Below the pieces are notes generated by a model, which did no database searches, was not told the origin of the DNA, and was given only the letters and a program-made list of their open reading frames with translations. Positions 28,075-37,813 of a DNA stretch of 49,155 nucleotides are shown piece after piece. The DNA lies in contig JBFMGS010000008.1 in assembly GCA_040752635.1 (NCBI GenBank), positions 4,700-53,854 on the forward strand, written 5' to 3'. The translations under genes and the position numbers were made by a program. Source of the DNA: Bacillota bacterium. Lineage in GTDB: Bacteria; Bacillota; SHA-98; UBA4971. The first letter of the stretch is position 1, and each line of letters starts with the position of its first letter.

Positions 28075-28250
28075 CTTTGATAACCCCCCCTAAAGAAGAT
28101 CTCTGAAATAGATAGTTGTGCTACAACTGACGCCAGTTCCATCCGCTTGAGTTTCACCGCCATGCGTCATCTGTCCTCCGTCGTCATTTCACCTCCTCGA
28201 GAATGGGACCACCTTGCCCTGGACGCCATGCGAGAAGGCCTCCGTGAGCG

Positions 28251-29813
28251 TCATGCGTCTCGCTCGCCCAGGACCCTGGCGGTCATGGAGTGGAGTATGC
28301 CGCGATTTGCCTCGTAGGTGCGGAGGTACTTTTCGTAGTAGAAGTCATACGTATCCGACGCATCAGGGTTTGGCTCGATCACGTCCTCTACTTCGACCAT
28401 CGAAGATGCCGCCAGGTCAAGTGAGCTATATCTACCCGCGCCGAAAGCTCCGACAATAGCAGAACCGAGCACGGAGGCCTCCCTCACTTTGGTAAGCACG
28501 ATGGGCACTTTGCACACATCTGCATAGATTTGCAGCCACAATTTGCTCTTGGTTGCCCCGCCGCACGCCCTCATCTCTTCAACGGTCACGCCCGCCTGGC
28601 GAAAGGTATCTAAAATCTGTCTGGTCCCAAAAGCACACGCCTCAAAGATCGCGCGGATCAGGTGCCCGCGTCCGTGTTTGAGAGAAAGCCCGGCGACAAC
28701 GCCGCGGGATAGCGGGTCTCTGAGGGGCGTCCTGTTCCCCTGCCAGTGATCGAGGACAACCAGCCCTTCACAGCCAGGCGGCACTTCTGCAGCCTCGCGG
28801 TTCATGATTTCGTACAGATCCCCCGTTGATGCCGTTGGTGCCTGCGAACCTGCTGTACCCAACATGAAGGTGTCACGAAACCAACGCACTATGGAACCGG
28901 AGGAGATCTGTCCGCCCTCAATGAGCCAGAGTTCTTCGAGCATCGCACTCGGGTACGGGCCCCATATCCCGGGATGGTATACCGCCTCCTGTGAATTGGT
29001 CAGATGGACGTTGGACGTTCCGAGGATGACCGAAAGCCTTCCCGGTCGCAAGCCGTCCAGCCCGATCATGCCTATGTGTGCATCTATTCCGCCTTCCGCA
29101 ACGGGAATACCGGACTTGAGACCTAACTCTCCGGCGGCACGCGAAGTCAATTCGCCCGCAAGAGCACCGATAGGGAGGACACTCTTCGGCCACCTGTCGC
29201 GTAGTTCCAGCAGCCCGGCCGCTCCGAGGAACGTTTCGTCAAAGCCGCCGTCAGGCAGGGAGTAATGCCACTTGCAGGTGGCGTTGCACCGCGAGGCAGT
29301 GTACTCCCCTGTAAGCATGAAAATCAGCCAGTCGGTCTGCTCCATCACACGGGCCGCGCTGTCCCATATCCTCGGCTCGTTTTCTTTGACCCACAGCGCC
29401 TTGGCCATCATCCATTCGGGTGACTCCTGTCCGCCCACGTATTTGAGTCGAGGGTGCCTGGTGGCTGTGATCGCCGCGGCCTGACCCGGGTTACGGGAGT
29501 CCATCCACAGGATTGCGCGGCGAAGGGGTCTTCCGTCTTCGTCGGTGAATACAACTGTAGAGGAGGTGCCATCTACCGAGATCCCGGCGATCTGTGCAGG
29601 TTTCACGCCGGAGACCTGCAGGCAGCGTCTCACGGCCGCTAACGCCGCCCTCCACCAATCGTCCGCATCCTGTTCGGCCCACCCGGGCCTATCCTGATAT
29701 ACGGGGTACTCCTCGCTAACGAGAGCTGCAGGGTTACCCTTGTCGTCGAAAAGCCCCGCCCTCAAGCTTTGGGTGCCCGCGTCTATCCCCAGGTAGTAGT
29801 GCTTTCGAGCCAT
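28251..29813 (-). CDS. FGGY-family carbohydrate kinase, ribulokinase-like
   Basis: LGIDAGTQSLR, AILWMDSR, SPEW, TCKWHY, DHWQGNRTP and GGATKS motifs. Confidence 0.9.
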   Translation of the reverse strand: MARKHYYLGIDAGTQSLRAGLFDDKGNPAALVSEEYPVYQDRPGWAEQDADDWWRAALAAVRRCLQVSGVKPAQIAGISVDGTSSTVVFTDEDGRPLRRAILWMDSRNPGQAAAITATRHPRLKYVGGQESPEWMMAKALWVKENEPRIWDSAARVMEQTDWLIFMLTGEYTASRCNATCKWHYSLPDGGFDETFLGAAGLLELRDRWPKSVLPIGALAGELTSRAAGELGLKSGIPVAEGGIDAHIGMIGLDGLRPGRLSVILGTSNVHLTNSQEAVYHPGIWGPYPSAMLEELWLIEGGQISSGSIVRWFRDTFMLGTAGSQAPTASTGDLYEIMNREAAEVPPGCEGLVVLDHWQGNRTPLRDPLSRGVVAGLSLKHGRGHLIRAIFEACAFGTRQILDTFRQAGVTVEEMRACGGATKSKLWLQIYADVCKVPIVLTKVREASVLGSAIVGAFGAGRYSSLDLAASSMVEVEDVIEPNPDASDTYDFYYEKYLRTYEANRGILHSMTARVLGERDA

Positions 29814-30012
29814 AAACGTCCAGCGGCCTCCATAACGACTATCAACGACTTGTTCTCGTCCGGTCCGTCAACGACTGTTCTCATCCAGTCCTAAAGACCT
29901 AGACGACCCGCCTCTACCTGATGTTCCAAAGCGCAGGAGTGCAGGCCCTTGACCCCGGGGCTCAGGAAGCCCGGCGCAAGACAAGCCCTGGCCCCGCTCT
30001 CCTCTCGCAGTG

Positions 30013-31080
30013 CTACGGCTGTTGTGGCAGGAACAACACCTTCCCATGCACCATGTGCCGGTTCCATATCTCGTCAAACGCCTGCGGGACTTGTGAAATA
30101 GGTAATCGATGGGTTATGAACGGTTCAGCCACCAGTTTACCCTGGCCCATGAAGTGGAGGGTCGTCCTCCAATCGTCCTGGTGCGGCACCGTCACATCGC
30201 CGGAGTTCCACGAACCTATCACAGAAATCTCGCGCCGCATCACCCTGTCCACAGCAACCTCTGAAAGATCAAGACCCGCATGGGATATACCGCAGAAGAC
30301 CACCGACCCCAGTTTCGAAGCAATAAGGCAGCCCTGGCGTTGGGTCTGTGGAACTCCCGCGGTTTCGATCACGCGGTTGATCCCCACGCCGCCGGTCATC
30401 TCATCGACAACTTCGATGGGATCCGCTACCCGGGCATTGATACATGCATCGGCTCCCAGACGTCGCGCGATCTCTAGCTTCTCGTCGTAGATGTCTACTG
30501 CCACTACCATGACGGCGCCAGCAATTCTTGCCCACTGAACAGTGAAAAGCCCAATCGGACCCGTTCCTAAAACCGCGACAGTATCCCCAACGGTGACCCC
30601 CGCCTTCCTGATAGAATGAAGGGCGACAGCGGCAGGGTCAGTCGTAGCAGCAGTCTCAAAATCGAGACCCTCGGGAAGCCCGAGAACATTCTCAGCTCGG
30701 GTCTTGACATATTCCGCAAATGCCCCGTCCGTCCTGGAGCCGATATAGTCGTAGTGATCGCAAAGGTTATACTGTCCGCTCTTACAATAAACGCATGAGC
30801 CACATGGGATCAGCGGAATGGCGGTGACGCGCTCCCCGGGTCTTACAGTTTTGACGTCGGGACCTATATCTACAACCTCTCCCGCAAACTCGTGCCCGAT
30901 AGTGATAGGGTACGAATAGGCTCCGGTAGCCATAGCCCGGGACGGATCTGAACCGCATATCCCTGCCGCCGCTACCTTAATGAGCACTTCGTTCTCCCCG
31001 ACTTCCGGGACCGGGACGCGTTCGATACGAATATCACCAGGAGCATACAACCGCGCTGCCAGCATGGTCTTTGGGATCAA
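30013..31080 (-). CDS. Zn-dependent polyol(-phosphate) dehydrogenase (GatD/sorbitol DH-like)
   Basis: GICGSD, GHEFAG, structural-Zn CGSCVYC...C and GTGPIG motifs. Start TTG 31080 with AAGGAGG RBS (ORF track over-extends to 31392). Confidence 0.9.
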   Translation of the reverse strand: MIPKTMLAARLYAPGDIRIERVPVPEVGENEVLIKVAAAGICGSDPSRAMATGAYSYPITIGHEFAGEVVDIGPDVKTVRPGERVTAIPLIPCGSCVYCKSGQYNLCDHYDYIGSRTDGAFAEYVKTRAENVLGLPEGLDFETAATTDPAAVALHSIRKAGVTVGDTVAVLGTGPIGLFTVQWARIAGAVMVVAVDIYDEKLEIARRLGADACINARVADPIEVVDEMTGGVGINRVIETAGVPQTQRQGCLIASKLGSVVFCGISHAGLDLSEVAVDRVMRREISVIGSWNSGDVTVPHQDDWRTTLHFMGQGKLVAEPFITHRLPISQVPQAFDEIWNRHMVHGKVLFLPQQP

Positions 31081-31193
31081 CGTTTCGCCCTCCTTGCTCG
31101 CACGGCGTCTACACGGATGTTCATCACAGGGGCGGCGCACGAGCAATTCGCGGTCACTGTCGGGCCGCGACCAAAAGCCATCCCTTGCGTGTA

Positions 31194-31226
31194 GAACAAA
31201 TGTGCAATACCTATGGACATATGTGC
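31194..31226. promoter_or_regulatory. Tandem palindromic operator next to a TATACT -10
   Basis: GAACAAATGTGC (31194-31205) and GGACATATGTGC (31215-31226), immediately downstream on the minus strand of a TATACT hexamer. Confidence 0.6.
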
Positions 31227-31525
31227 TGAGTATACTATTCTCTGCCGTAGGGGAAAATCCTTCTTCAGTGTCACAAGAATTCTCATGGTAGATCTTGGTG
31301 GCGGACCTACCGATTCTGGGCAGATTGACAGGCGTACTGACGCGGGCCTGGTAGCAGTGGGGTCCTATCTGCGGCTGTCTTGTTCGCTGCACGGCAGCCC
31401 CTGGAAGCCTGACAGGCCAAGGTCGTTGCGGCTTCGCAGTTGCGCGGGTTTCTCATAAGTCTCTTCCGTCCCATCCAGGGCTGTGGAGGTAAGGGTCGGT
31501 GAATCCCGGGGAGAAACAAGAATCC

Positions 31526-32575
31526 TCACATACTGACGATGACTTTCATCCCCCTTCTCTCTGCCACTACGAGAAGGCCCTCCTCAAGCCTATCCAGCGG
31601 CAACACGTGGCTTATGAGGCTTCTGACGTTGATCTGGCCCCTTTCGAGAAGCCTCATCGCAAGGTTGAAATGCCCGTGGTTGAAATCATGGCTGCCCGTG
31701 AGCTCAATCTGCTTGTAGTGAATGACGTTGAGATCCACGTCAAGGCGACCCTCGGGATAAAGACCGGCGAAGATGTTTACGGTCCCACACGGGGCGACGA
31801 CGCCTAGGGCCCAGGCAACCGCTCCGGTTGAACTCGCCGCAACTATAACTTTGTCGGGGCCATTACCTCCTGTCATTTCCCGGACCCGTCTCACCGCTGT
31901 TTCATAGCCTGGGGACTCGCCGGGCTCCAGACAAACTATCCTTTCGATACCGAGTGCACGCGCAACCTCCAGCCTTCCAGCGCTGAGGTCACAGATGGCC
32001 ACCCTCGCACCTCTAACGCGAGCAAGCTGAGCGTGTAGCAGGCCGATGGGGCCTGCGCCAACTACGAGGACATCGTCCCCGACCGAAATCCCGCTTCTCT
32101 CCTGCCCATTTATGCAACACGCAAGCGGCTCTGCAAAGACGGCTTCCTCATACGACATAGAGGGCGGAATAACCCAGAGACTCGTTAGAGGCGCCTTACC
32201 ATATTCCGCGAACCCGCCGACGACGCGCGCACGGTTGTCTCTTACACAGTAATTCGGCAGCCCTCGACGGCAGAATTCGCACTGGTTGCACGAAGCCAGC
32301 CAACATGCTGCCACCCGGGTTCCCGGGCGAATTTGCGACGGCGCCGTTCCTACAACTTCCACTACCTCGCCGACCCACTCATGTCCGGGGAGAAACGGCA
32401 ACTTGGCTTCAGGTATGCGTGCTTGCCCGGTGTATAGCCGAACGTCGCTTGGACAGATCCCGCACGCAGCAACTCGTATGAGAGCCTCCCCGGGGCCCGG
32501 TTTTGGCAACGGCACGCGCTCAACGCGCAACTGGCGCGGACCGTGCAACATTGCAGCCCGCATGTGATCCTTCAT
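31526..32575 (-). CDS. Zn-dependent polyol dehydrogenase (MDR family)
   Basis: CGICPSD, GHEWVG, CNQCEFC...C and GAGPIG motifs. Confidence 0.9.
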   Translation of the reverse strand: MKDHMRAAMLHGPRQLRVERVPLPKPGPGEALIRVAACGICPSDVRLYTGQARIPEAKLPFLPGHEWVGEVVEVVGTAPSQIRPGTRVAACWLASCNQCEFCRRGLPNYCVRDNRARVVGGFAEYGKAPLTSLWVIPPSMSYEEAVFAEPLACCINGQERSGISVGDDVLVVGAGPIGLLHAQLARVRGARVAICDLSAGRLEVARALGIERIVCLEPGESPGYETAVRRVREMTGGNGPDKVIVAASSTGAVAWALGVVAPCGTVNIFAGLYPEGRLDVDLNVIHYKQIELTGSHDFNHGHFNLAMRLLERGQINVRSLISHVLPLDRLEEGLLVVAERRGMKVIVSM

Positions 32576-32865
32576 CTTGCTGTGTCCTCCTTGCCCCCGG
32601 GCCCAGTCAAAGCAGCTTGACCGCGCTACGTATGAAGGGCCTAATATCGTTTGAGGCGACCCCGAACAAGCTCAGGAGCCTCCCAACCGTATATACTATC
32701 ATATAAACGCAGGCCCTAGCTTCTAAGTCGCATGCAAGAACTTGAGGAGCGCTGTACTATTTCGCGAGACGAACAAGTCAACAGGCGGGGTAAGCACCGT
32801 TTTCGTCTATGACCTCAAGCTCCCTATCCAGTCTCGCTTCCATCCACTTTTAACCTATAAGGGAG

Positions 32866-33126
32866 TTGGCGCCCGGTTACCAGGTGGTCAGGGAGATCAT
32901 CAAACAGCGCAAGAGGCTCGGCATGACCCAAGAGGAACTGGCAAGGCGCATGGGGACTAAACAGTCAGTTGTATCTTGCCTGGAATCAGGAAAGTATACC
33001 AGTATTACATTACAGACTCTGGAGCGGATGGCAAAGGTCCTGGGTTGTGCGTTGAAGGTAAACTTGGTGCCGCTGAAAAAAGAGGGCAAAGCCAAGCAAC
33101 ACGGGGACCTTTTGGTTCCTGTATAA
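32866..33126 (+). pseudogene. 5'-truncated XRE (HigA-like antitoxin) relic
   Basis: IIKQRKRLGMTQEELARRMGTKQSVVSCLESG...TLQTLERMAKVLG. The would-be RBS abuts the TTG, and upstream TATAAGGGAGTTG reads YKEL in frame if one G is removed. Confidence 0.6.
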
Positions 33127-33196
33127 GCACAACCGGACACAGCTATCGGAGGTAGATCGTATGTTGCCGTGACGTTCTGCCCGGCGACCCTTGGCG

Positions 33197-33243
33197 ACCC
33201 CTGTTGACTGGCACACCGCGTGCTCCAACAGGGGTTTTTCTTT
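33197..33243 (+). terminator. Intrinsic terminator
   Basis: ACCCCTGTTG/CAACAGGGGT stem with an inner GCAC/GTGC helix, followed by TTTTCTTT. Confidence 0.7.
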
Positions 33244-33297
33244 ACCCTCGCACCGTCATGGAAAACATCAATGTTCTCCCCAGCCAGCTCCGCTAAG

Positions 33298-34239
33298 TTA
33301 CTCGCGCCGTCGCCCGGCCAGAAACTCCTCGACTTCAGGTCGCCTGGGCATGGCCGGTGCTGTACCCACTCTCGTCACAGAAATGGCACCGGCTGCATTG
33401 GCAAACTCAACGGCGTCAAGCAAAGGCCGCCCTTCCGCAAGAGCAACGACCAGTGCGCCGTTAAATGCATCGCCGGCGCCCGTAGTATCCACAGCCTTCA
33501 CCTCGAAGGCAGGTGCGTGATATACGCCGGTGTGGCTTACTACGAGGGCCCCGGTGGCCCCGAGAGTGATCACAACATTGCGGCATCCCCGCGCCAGCAA
33601 ATCTCTAGCCGCCTTTTCGGCGGTTCTGTCATCCACCACAGCCTGGCCGGTGATTGCAGACGCCTCTGTCTCGTTGGGAGTCAGTACGTCGACTTTGGAT
33701 AGTAAATCGTCAGGGACCGGCCTCCCGGGCGCCGGATTCAACACAATGCCCACGTTGTTTGCATGCGCGAATTTGATGGCGTACTCCACAGTATGCATCG
33801 GGATCTCCAGTTGCAGCAACACGTAGTCCGAACCCAGGATCCGATCCCTGGCCTTCTCAACATCGCTCGGCTCGAGCTCGTTGTTGGACCCGGGCGCCAC
33901 CACTATCATGTTTTCGCCCTTCTCCTCGTCAACCATTATCAAGGCGGCGCCGGTACAGACGTTGTCAACTCGCTTGACGAAGTCCACCTGTATACCCTCT
34001 TTAACCAGGTTCTCGTACGCCACATCGCCGAAGTAGTCCCTTCCCAGGGAGACTACCATGCACACTTTGGCGCCCAGCCTTGCGGCAGCGACGGCTTGGT
34101 TGGAGCCCTTCCCGCCGGGGCCCATCCGAAAAGGGCCTCCCATAACAGTCTCTCCTGCTACCGGGAGCCTCGGTGTTCTTGACATGAGGTCCATCATAAA
34201 ACTACCTACAACGGTGATCCTGGGTTCTCTATTCGCCAT
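33298..34239 (-). CDS. rbsK: Ribokinase (PfkB family)
   Basis: VVGSFMMDL, GGKGSNQAVAAARLG, LLQLEIP, NPAP, PNETE and DTTGAGDAF motifs. Start ATG 34239 with GGAGG RBS. Confidence 0.9.
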   Translation of the reverse strand: MANREPRITVVGSFMMDLMSRTPRLPVAGETVMGGPFRMGPGGKGSNQAVAAARLGAKVCMVVSLGRDYFGDVAYENLVKEGIQVDFVKRVDNVCTGAALIMVDEEKGENMIVVAPGSNNELEPSDVEKARDRILGSDYVLLQLEIPMHTVEYAIKFAHANNVGIVLNPAPGRPVPDDLLSKVDVLTPNETEASAITGQAVVDDRTAEKAARDLLARGCRNVVITLGATGALVVSHTGVYHAPAFEVKAVDTTGAGDAFNGALVVALAEGRPLLDAVEFANAAGAISVTRVGTAPAMPRRPEVEEFLAGRRRE

Positions 34240-34318
34240 GGTCCTCCCCCTGCCTCGCCAAAATCGCGTTGCCAGATGTTCCAACGTTGCCGGTGCATCG
34301 TGCACGCCTATCTCCTCA

Positions 34319-35158
34319 TCAGCCCCTCATAGCTCCAAGCGTCAGCCCTCTCACGAGATACCTCTGCAGCAACAAAGCAAGGATTACTACGGGAAGCGAC
34401 GTTAGTACAGATAGAGCGGATATCTCACCCCACATGATCTCGTGTCCACCGACCATACCTGATATGATCACGGGGAGCGTGGTCACTCTCGATCTCGTCA
34501 AGACTAGGGCGAAGAGAAACTCGTTCCAGGAGAATATGAAGCAGAAGAGGCCGGTCACGATGAGAGCGGGTACCGCAAGCGGCAGCGCGATTCTCCAGAA
34601 CACCTGCAGGCGGTTGAAACCATCAACCAGCGCCGCTCCCTCTATGTCGGCAGGAATGTCCTCAAAAAACCCCTTGATGAGCCAGACCGCAAATGGCAGG
34701 TTAAACAGGCAATAGGCAAGCACTAACGCAGGATAGGTGTCGAGCAACCCTGCATACCGCATCAGTATGAATATGGGGATTATGCCGGCTATCGGCGGCG
34801 CCATCCGAATCGAGAGGATCCAGAAGGACAGGTTGTCGCCACCGGTCCTGTACCTGGCGATGCTGTAAGCTGCCAGAGAGCCCAGGACGATCGCCAGCGC
34901 CGCGCTGGATCCCGCCACGACGAGGCTGTCCTTGATACCCTTCGCCCCGCCACGCTCAAGAGCCCTGCTGAAATTATGCCACTCTAGCTGCTTGGGTACA
35001 AACACCGGTGGCGACGTGTAGAACTCCCCGCGCTGCTTAACCGACCCCACGAACATCCAGTACACGGGGAAAAGGTTGAATAAGAGCAGAACTCCTATTG
35101 TGAAGTAAACTAACGCGGCCTGCCACGACTTGCTCGACCGGATCTCCCGCTCTTTCAT
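34319..35158 (-). CDS. CUT1 ABC permease (MalG-like)
   Basis: EAA loop EDIPADIEGAALVDG; FIFSWNEFLFA. Confidence 0.93.
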   Translation of the reverse strand: MKEREIRSSKSWQAALVYFTIGVLLLFNLFPVYWMFVGSVKQRGEFYTSPPVFVPKQLEWHNFSRALERGGAKGIKDSLVVAGSSAALAIVLGSLAAYSIARYRTGGDNLSFWILSIRMAPPIAGIIPIFILMRYAGLLDTYPALVLAYCLFNLPFAVWLIKGFFEDIPADIEGAALVDGFNRLQVFWRIALPLAVPALIVTGLFCFIFSWNEFLFALVLTRSRVTTLPVIISGMVGGHEIMWGEISALSVLTSLPVVILALLLQRYLVRGLTLGAMRG

Positions 35159-35162
35159 AGTC

Positions 35163-36077
35163 TCACGCCCTCCCCACTCTCATCATTTTAACCAGGCGCA
35201 TGCAGATCACGGTCACGATCACGAGCTGAATCACCGCCAGTGCTGTCGCGTACCCCATGCTGAAGTACCTGAAGCCGTTGATATACGTGTAAAGGCTCAC
35301 ACTTTCCGACGCCGATCCAGGGCCTCCTCCCGTGAGCAGGAAGACCAGGTCAAAGATCTTGAAGACGTCCATGACCCGGAACAGCGCCACTATGATTACG
35401 GTAGGTTTCAGGAGGGGAAGCGTCACACGCCGGAACACCTGCCAGGGGGTAGCGCCGTCAACGTTAGCTGCTTCGTAGACACGAGGGGATATCGATTGAA
35501 GCCCTGCGAGCAACACGACGGTAACAAAGGGGGTCCACTGCCACACCTCGGCGGCCAGGATCGAGAAGAGAGCCGTTCGGGTATCCGCAAGCCAGGCAAA
35601 CCCGTTGCCAAGATGAAGAGCACGAATGATGTAGTTCAGCGGGCCGAAGGATTCATGGTATATGACCCGCCACTGAAAGCCGACAACAACCGGAGCAATC
35701 GTGATCGGAATAAGAAACAGCGATGTAACGAGCTTTTTCAGCCTAAATTCTCGGTTCAGCAGAAGCGCCGTCGCAAGACCGAGAACTAGCTGCAGCCCCA
35801 CTCCTCCCACCAGAAGGATAAGAGTGTTCTTCATTGCGTTCCAGAACCGGCCGTCCGCTAAGATATTAGCGTAGTTACCGAACCAAGCGAATTGCGGCGG
35901 CGCCATGGAAACGAGTTCCCACGACGTGAAGCTGGTGATGAAGATGAATAGTAGCGGTCCGATGGCGAGAGCGAGCAGGATACCTACTACAGGTGCAATA
36001 AACAACACGGGTAGCTTCTTGTCGGTCCACAGGCTGAGATCTCGGGCCCTGGCAGGCGCGATACCTCCGGGGTTCAT
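35163..36077 (-). CDS. CUT1 ABC permease (MalF-like)
   Basis: WQWTPF...LAGLQSI...YEAANVDGA motif. Confidence 0.93.
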   Translation of the reverse strand: MNPGGIAPARARDLSLWTDKKLPVLFIAPVVGILLALAIGPLLFIFITSFTSWELVSMAPPQFAWFGNYANILADGRFWNAMKNTLILLVGGVGLQLVLGLATALLLNREFRLKKLVTSLFLIPITIAPVVVGFQWRVIYHESFGPLNYIIRALHLGNGFAWLADTRTALFSILAAEVWQWTPFVTVVLLAGLQSISPRVYEAANVDGATPWQVFRRVTLPLLKPTVIIVALFRVMDVFKIFDLVFLLTGGGPGSASESVSLYTYINGFRYFSMGYATALAVIQLVIVTVICMRLVKMMRVGRA

Positions 36078-36168
36078 TGCTCGGCATCTCCTTTCTGCCG
36101 GTCACTCTGGTGCACTTCGAAGCCATGGGTGGGGCCACCCGGGGACGAGCGGCCCCACCGCTTTGTCG

Positions 36169-37635
36169 TTACTTCCATATGCCCAGTGACTTCCACGTCT
36201 CGACAGCCTTCAAGTATATCTCCTTCTGCTTAGCCGCCCCGAGCTTCTTGGTGATCTGCTCCCATTCCTTCGCTGCAGCATCCAGTGCCGCCTTGGGTGT
36301 CATTTCACCGCTCAGGGCCCGGTTGATATAGAGGTCCAGAACGTCCTGATAGTTTCCCGCCCCGGGGATGTTGATCTCGGGATACGCATTCTCCAGGTTG
36401 ACACCAACAGTCTCCAGGTATTCCTTAGCAGCTTCTTCGCTGCCGAGAAGGCCTGCGAAGGCTTTCGGGCTGGTGAAGTGAGACTTGCGGTATGGGTCAA
36501 GGCCGGTCTCTGACGAGGAGACGTCATGAAGGCTGGTCTCGACGGAAAGGTACCTGGCTACCCAGTAGGCCGCCTCAGGATGCTTCGCTGTCTTCGGCAC
36601 CGCGAGAACCCGCCCTACCGGCATCGGCGCAGACCGGACAATCTTGTCTCCTGCTTTCGTGCCCGGAATCGCGGCAATGCCCGATCGGTTGACGATCTTC
36701 GAAATCCTGGGATCTTGGGCTTTCTTCTGGATATCGGACCACTGGACGACCATCGCTACCTTGCCTTCGAGGTAGGCGTTTTTCAACTCCTCATAGCCAT
36801 ACGCCATCACGTCGGGGGGAGAATACTTCAGGCTCGCCTTAAACAGCTCGAGAGCCTTTACTCCCTTATCAGAATTTATGAGCGGTTTCATGTCCTCATC
36901 AAAGTACACGCCGCCCAGGCTTCCGAACCTGGCAAGCCACCAAGCATATGAAAAGCCACGCGCCGCCAACTCAGCCGAGCCGTAGAAATCCTCCTTCAGC
37001 GTCTCGCCCGCGAGTTTCTCACCCTTCTTGCGGGTAAAGAACTTGGCTATATCCAGAAACTCGTCCCAGGTGTCCGGCGCTTTCAACTCGCGTCCGAACT
37101 GCTTCTTAAAGTTCGCCTTTTCGACCTCATTGCTGAACAAGTCTTTGCGATAATACAGGTTCAAGACGTCCCCGTCATATGGGAGTGCGTATAGTTTACC
37201 GCCATACCTAATGTTCAGCTCGCGTACGCCGGTTGACACGTCGTCAAGCTTAGGATCGTATTTCTTTGCGTAGTCGTCGAGGGGCATGAGGTAACCGAGC
37301 CCAGCAAACTCCCCGAGATATGCCGGGTAGAAAATCACCAAATCGTAGGCTCCGGTCTGAGCCACGAATTCCGTCTTCAGCTTCTCGTAGACGCTGGTGA
37401 AGGGTACGCCTACAACCTGATCAATAATGATCCCGGACTCCTCTTTTATCTTGTCTTTGTACCACTCAAACGGCTTGAGGTTATGGCCTGCATCGCCGAA
37501 GGCCACGATCTTGACTCCCTCAAAGGGTTTGCGGGACTGACCTGTGACAATTCCGCCACCAATCACAAGTGAAATAGCAAGCATCATCGCGGTAACAAGC
37601 ACAAGCCTGCGGGACATCTTCACCACTGTACTCAC
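36169..37635 (-). CDS. CUT1 ABC solute-binding protein
   Basis: Signal peptide without lipobox; LYALPYDGD...YYRKDLF...APDTWDE motif; AGGAGG RBS. A 9-bp stem-loop follows at 36128-36159. Confidence 0.92.
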   Translation of the reverse strand: MSTVVKMSRRLVLVTAMMLAISLVIGGGIVTGQSRKPFEGVKIVAFGDAGHNLKPFEWYKDKIKEESGIIIDQVVGVPFTSVYEKLKTEFVAQTGAYDLVIFYPAYLGEFAGLGYLMPLDDYAKKYDPKLDDVSTGVRELNIRYGGKLYALPYDGDVLNLYYRKDLFSNEVEKANFKKQFGRELKAPDTWDEFLDIAKFFTRKKGEKLAGETLKEDFYGSAELAARGFSYAWWLARFGSLGGVYFDEDMKPLINSDKGVKALELFKASLKYSPPDVMAYGYEELKNAYLEGKVAMVVQWSDIQKKAQDPRISKIVNRSGIAAIPGTKAGDKIVRSAPMPVGRVLAVPKTAKHPEAAYWVARYLSVETSLHDVSSSETGLDPYRKSHFTSPKAFAGLLGSEEAAKEYLETVGVNLENAYPEINIPGAGNYQDVLDLYINRALSGEMTPKAALDAAAKEWEQITKKLGAAKQKEIYLKAVETWKSLGIWK

Positions 37636-37813
37636 CCTCCTAAATGAGAATTTGGATCAGCCGTTCCCATTTGAAACAGACACCTGGTACTCGTACCTTC
37701 GTGCTTGCGTCTATTCCTCCCACCTCCTTATCTGGACCGCCTTGCAGTAGAGATCCACTCCACAGGACAGTACTACGGACAATGGCCACTCACATCACCA
37801 CAGGTACCCCTGC

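Noticed and set aside
28167-28197. AGGAGGTGA followed by a 6-codon ORF (MTTEDR) before the RbsB-like gene
   Set aside because: SD-to-ATG spacing is too short and there is no attenuator structure; leader-peptide role unsupported.
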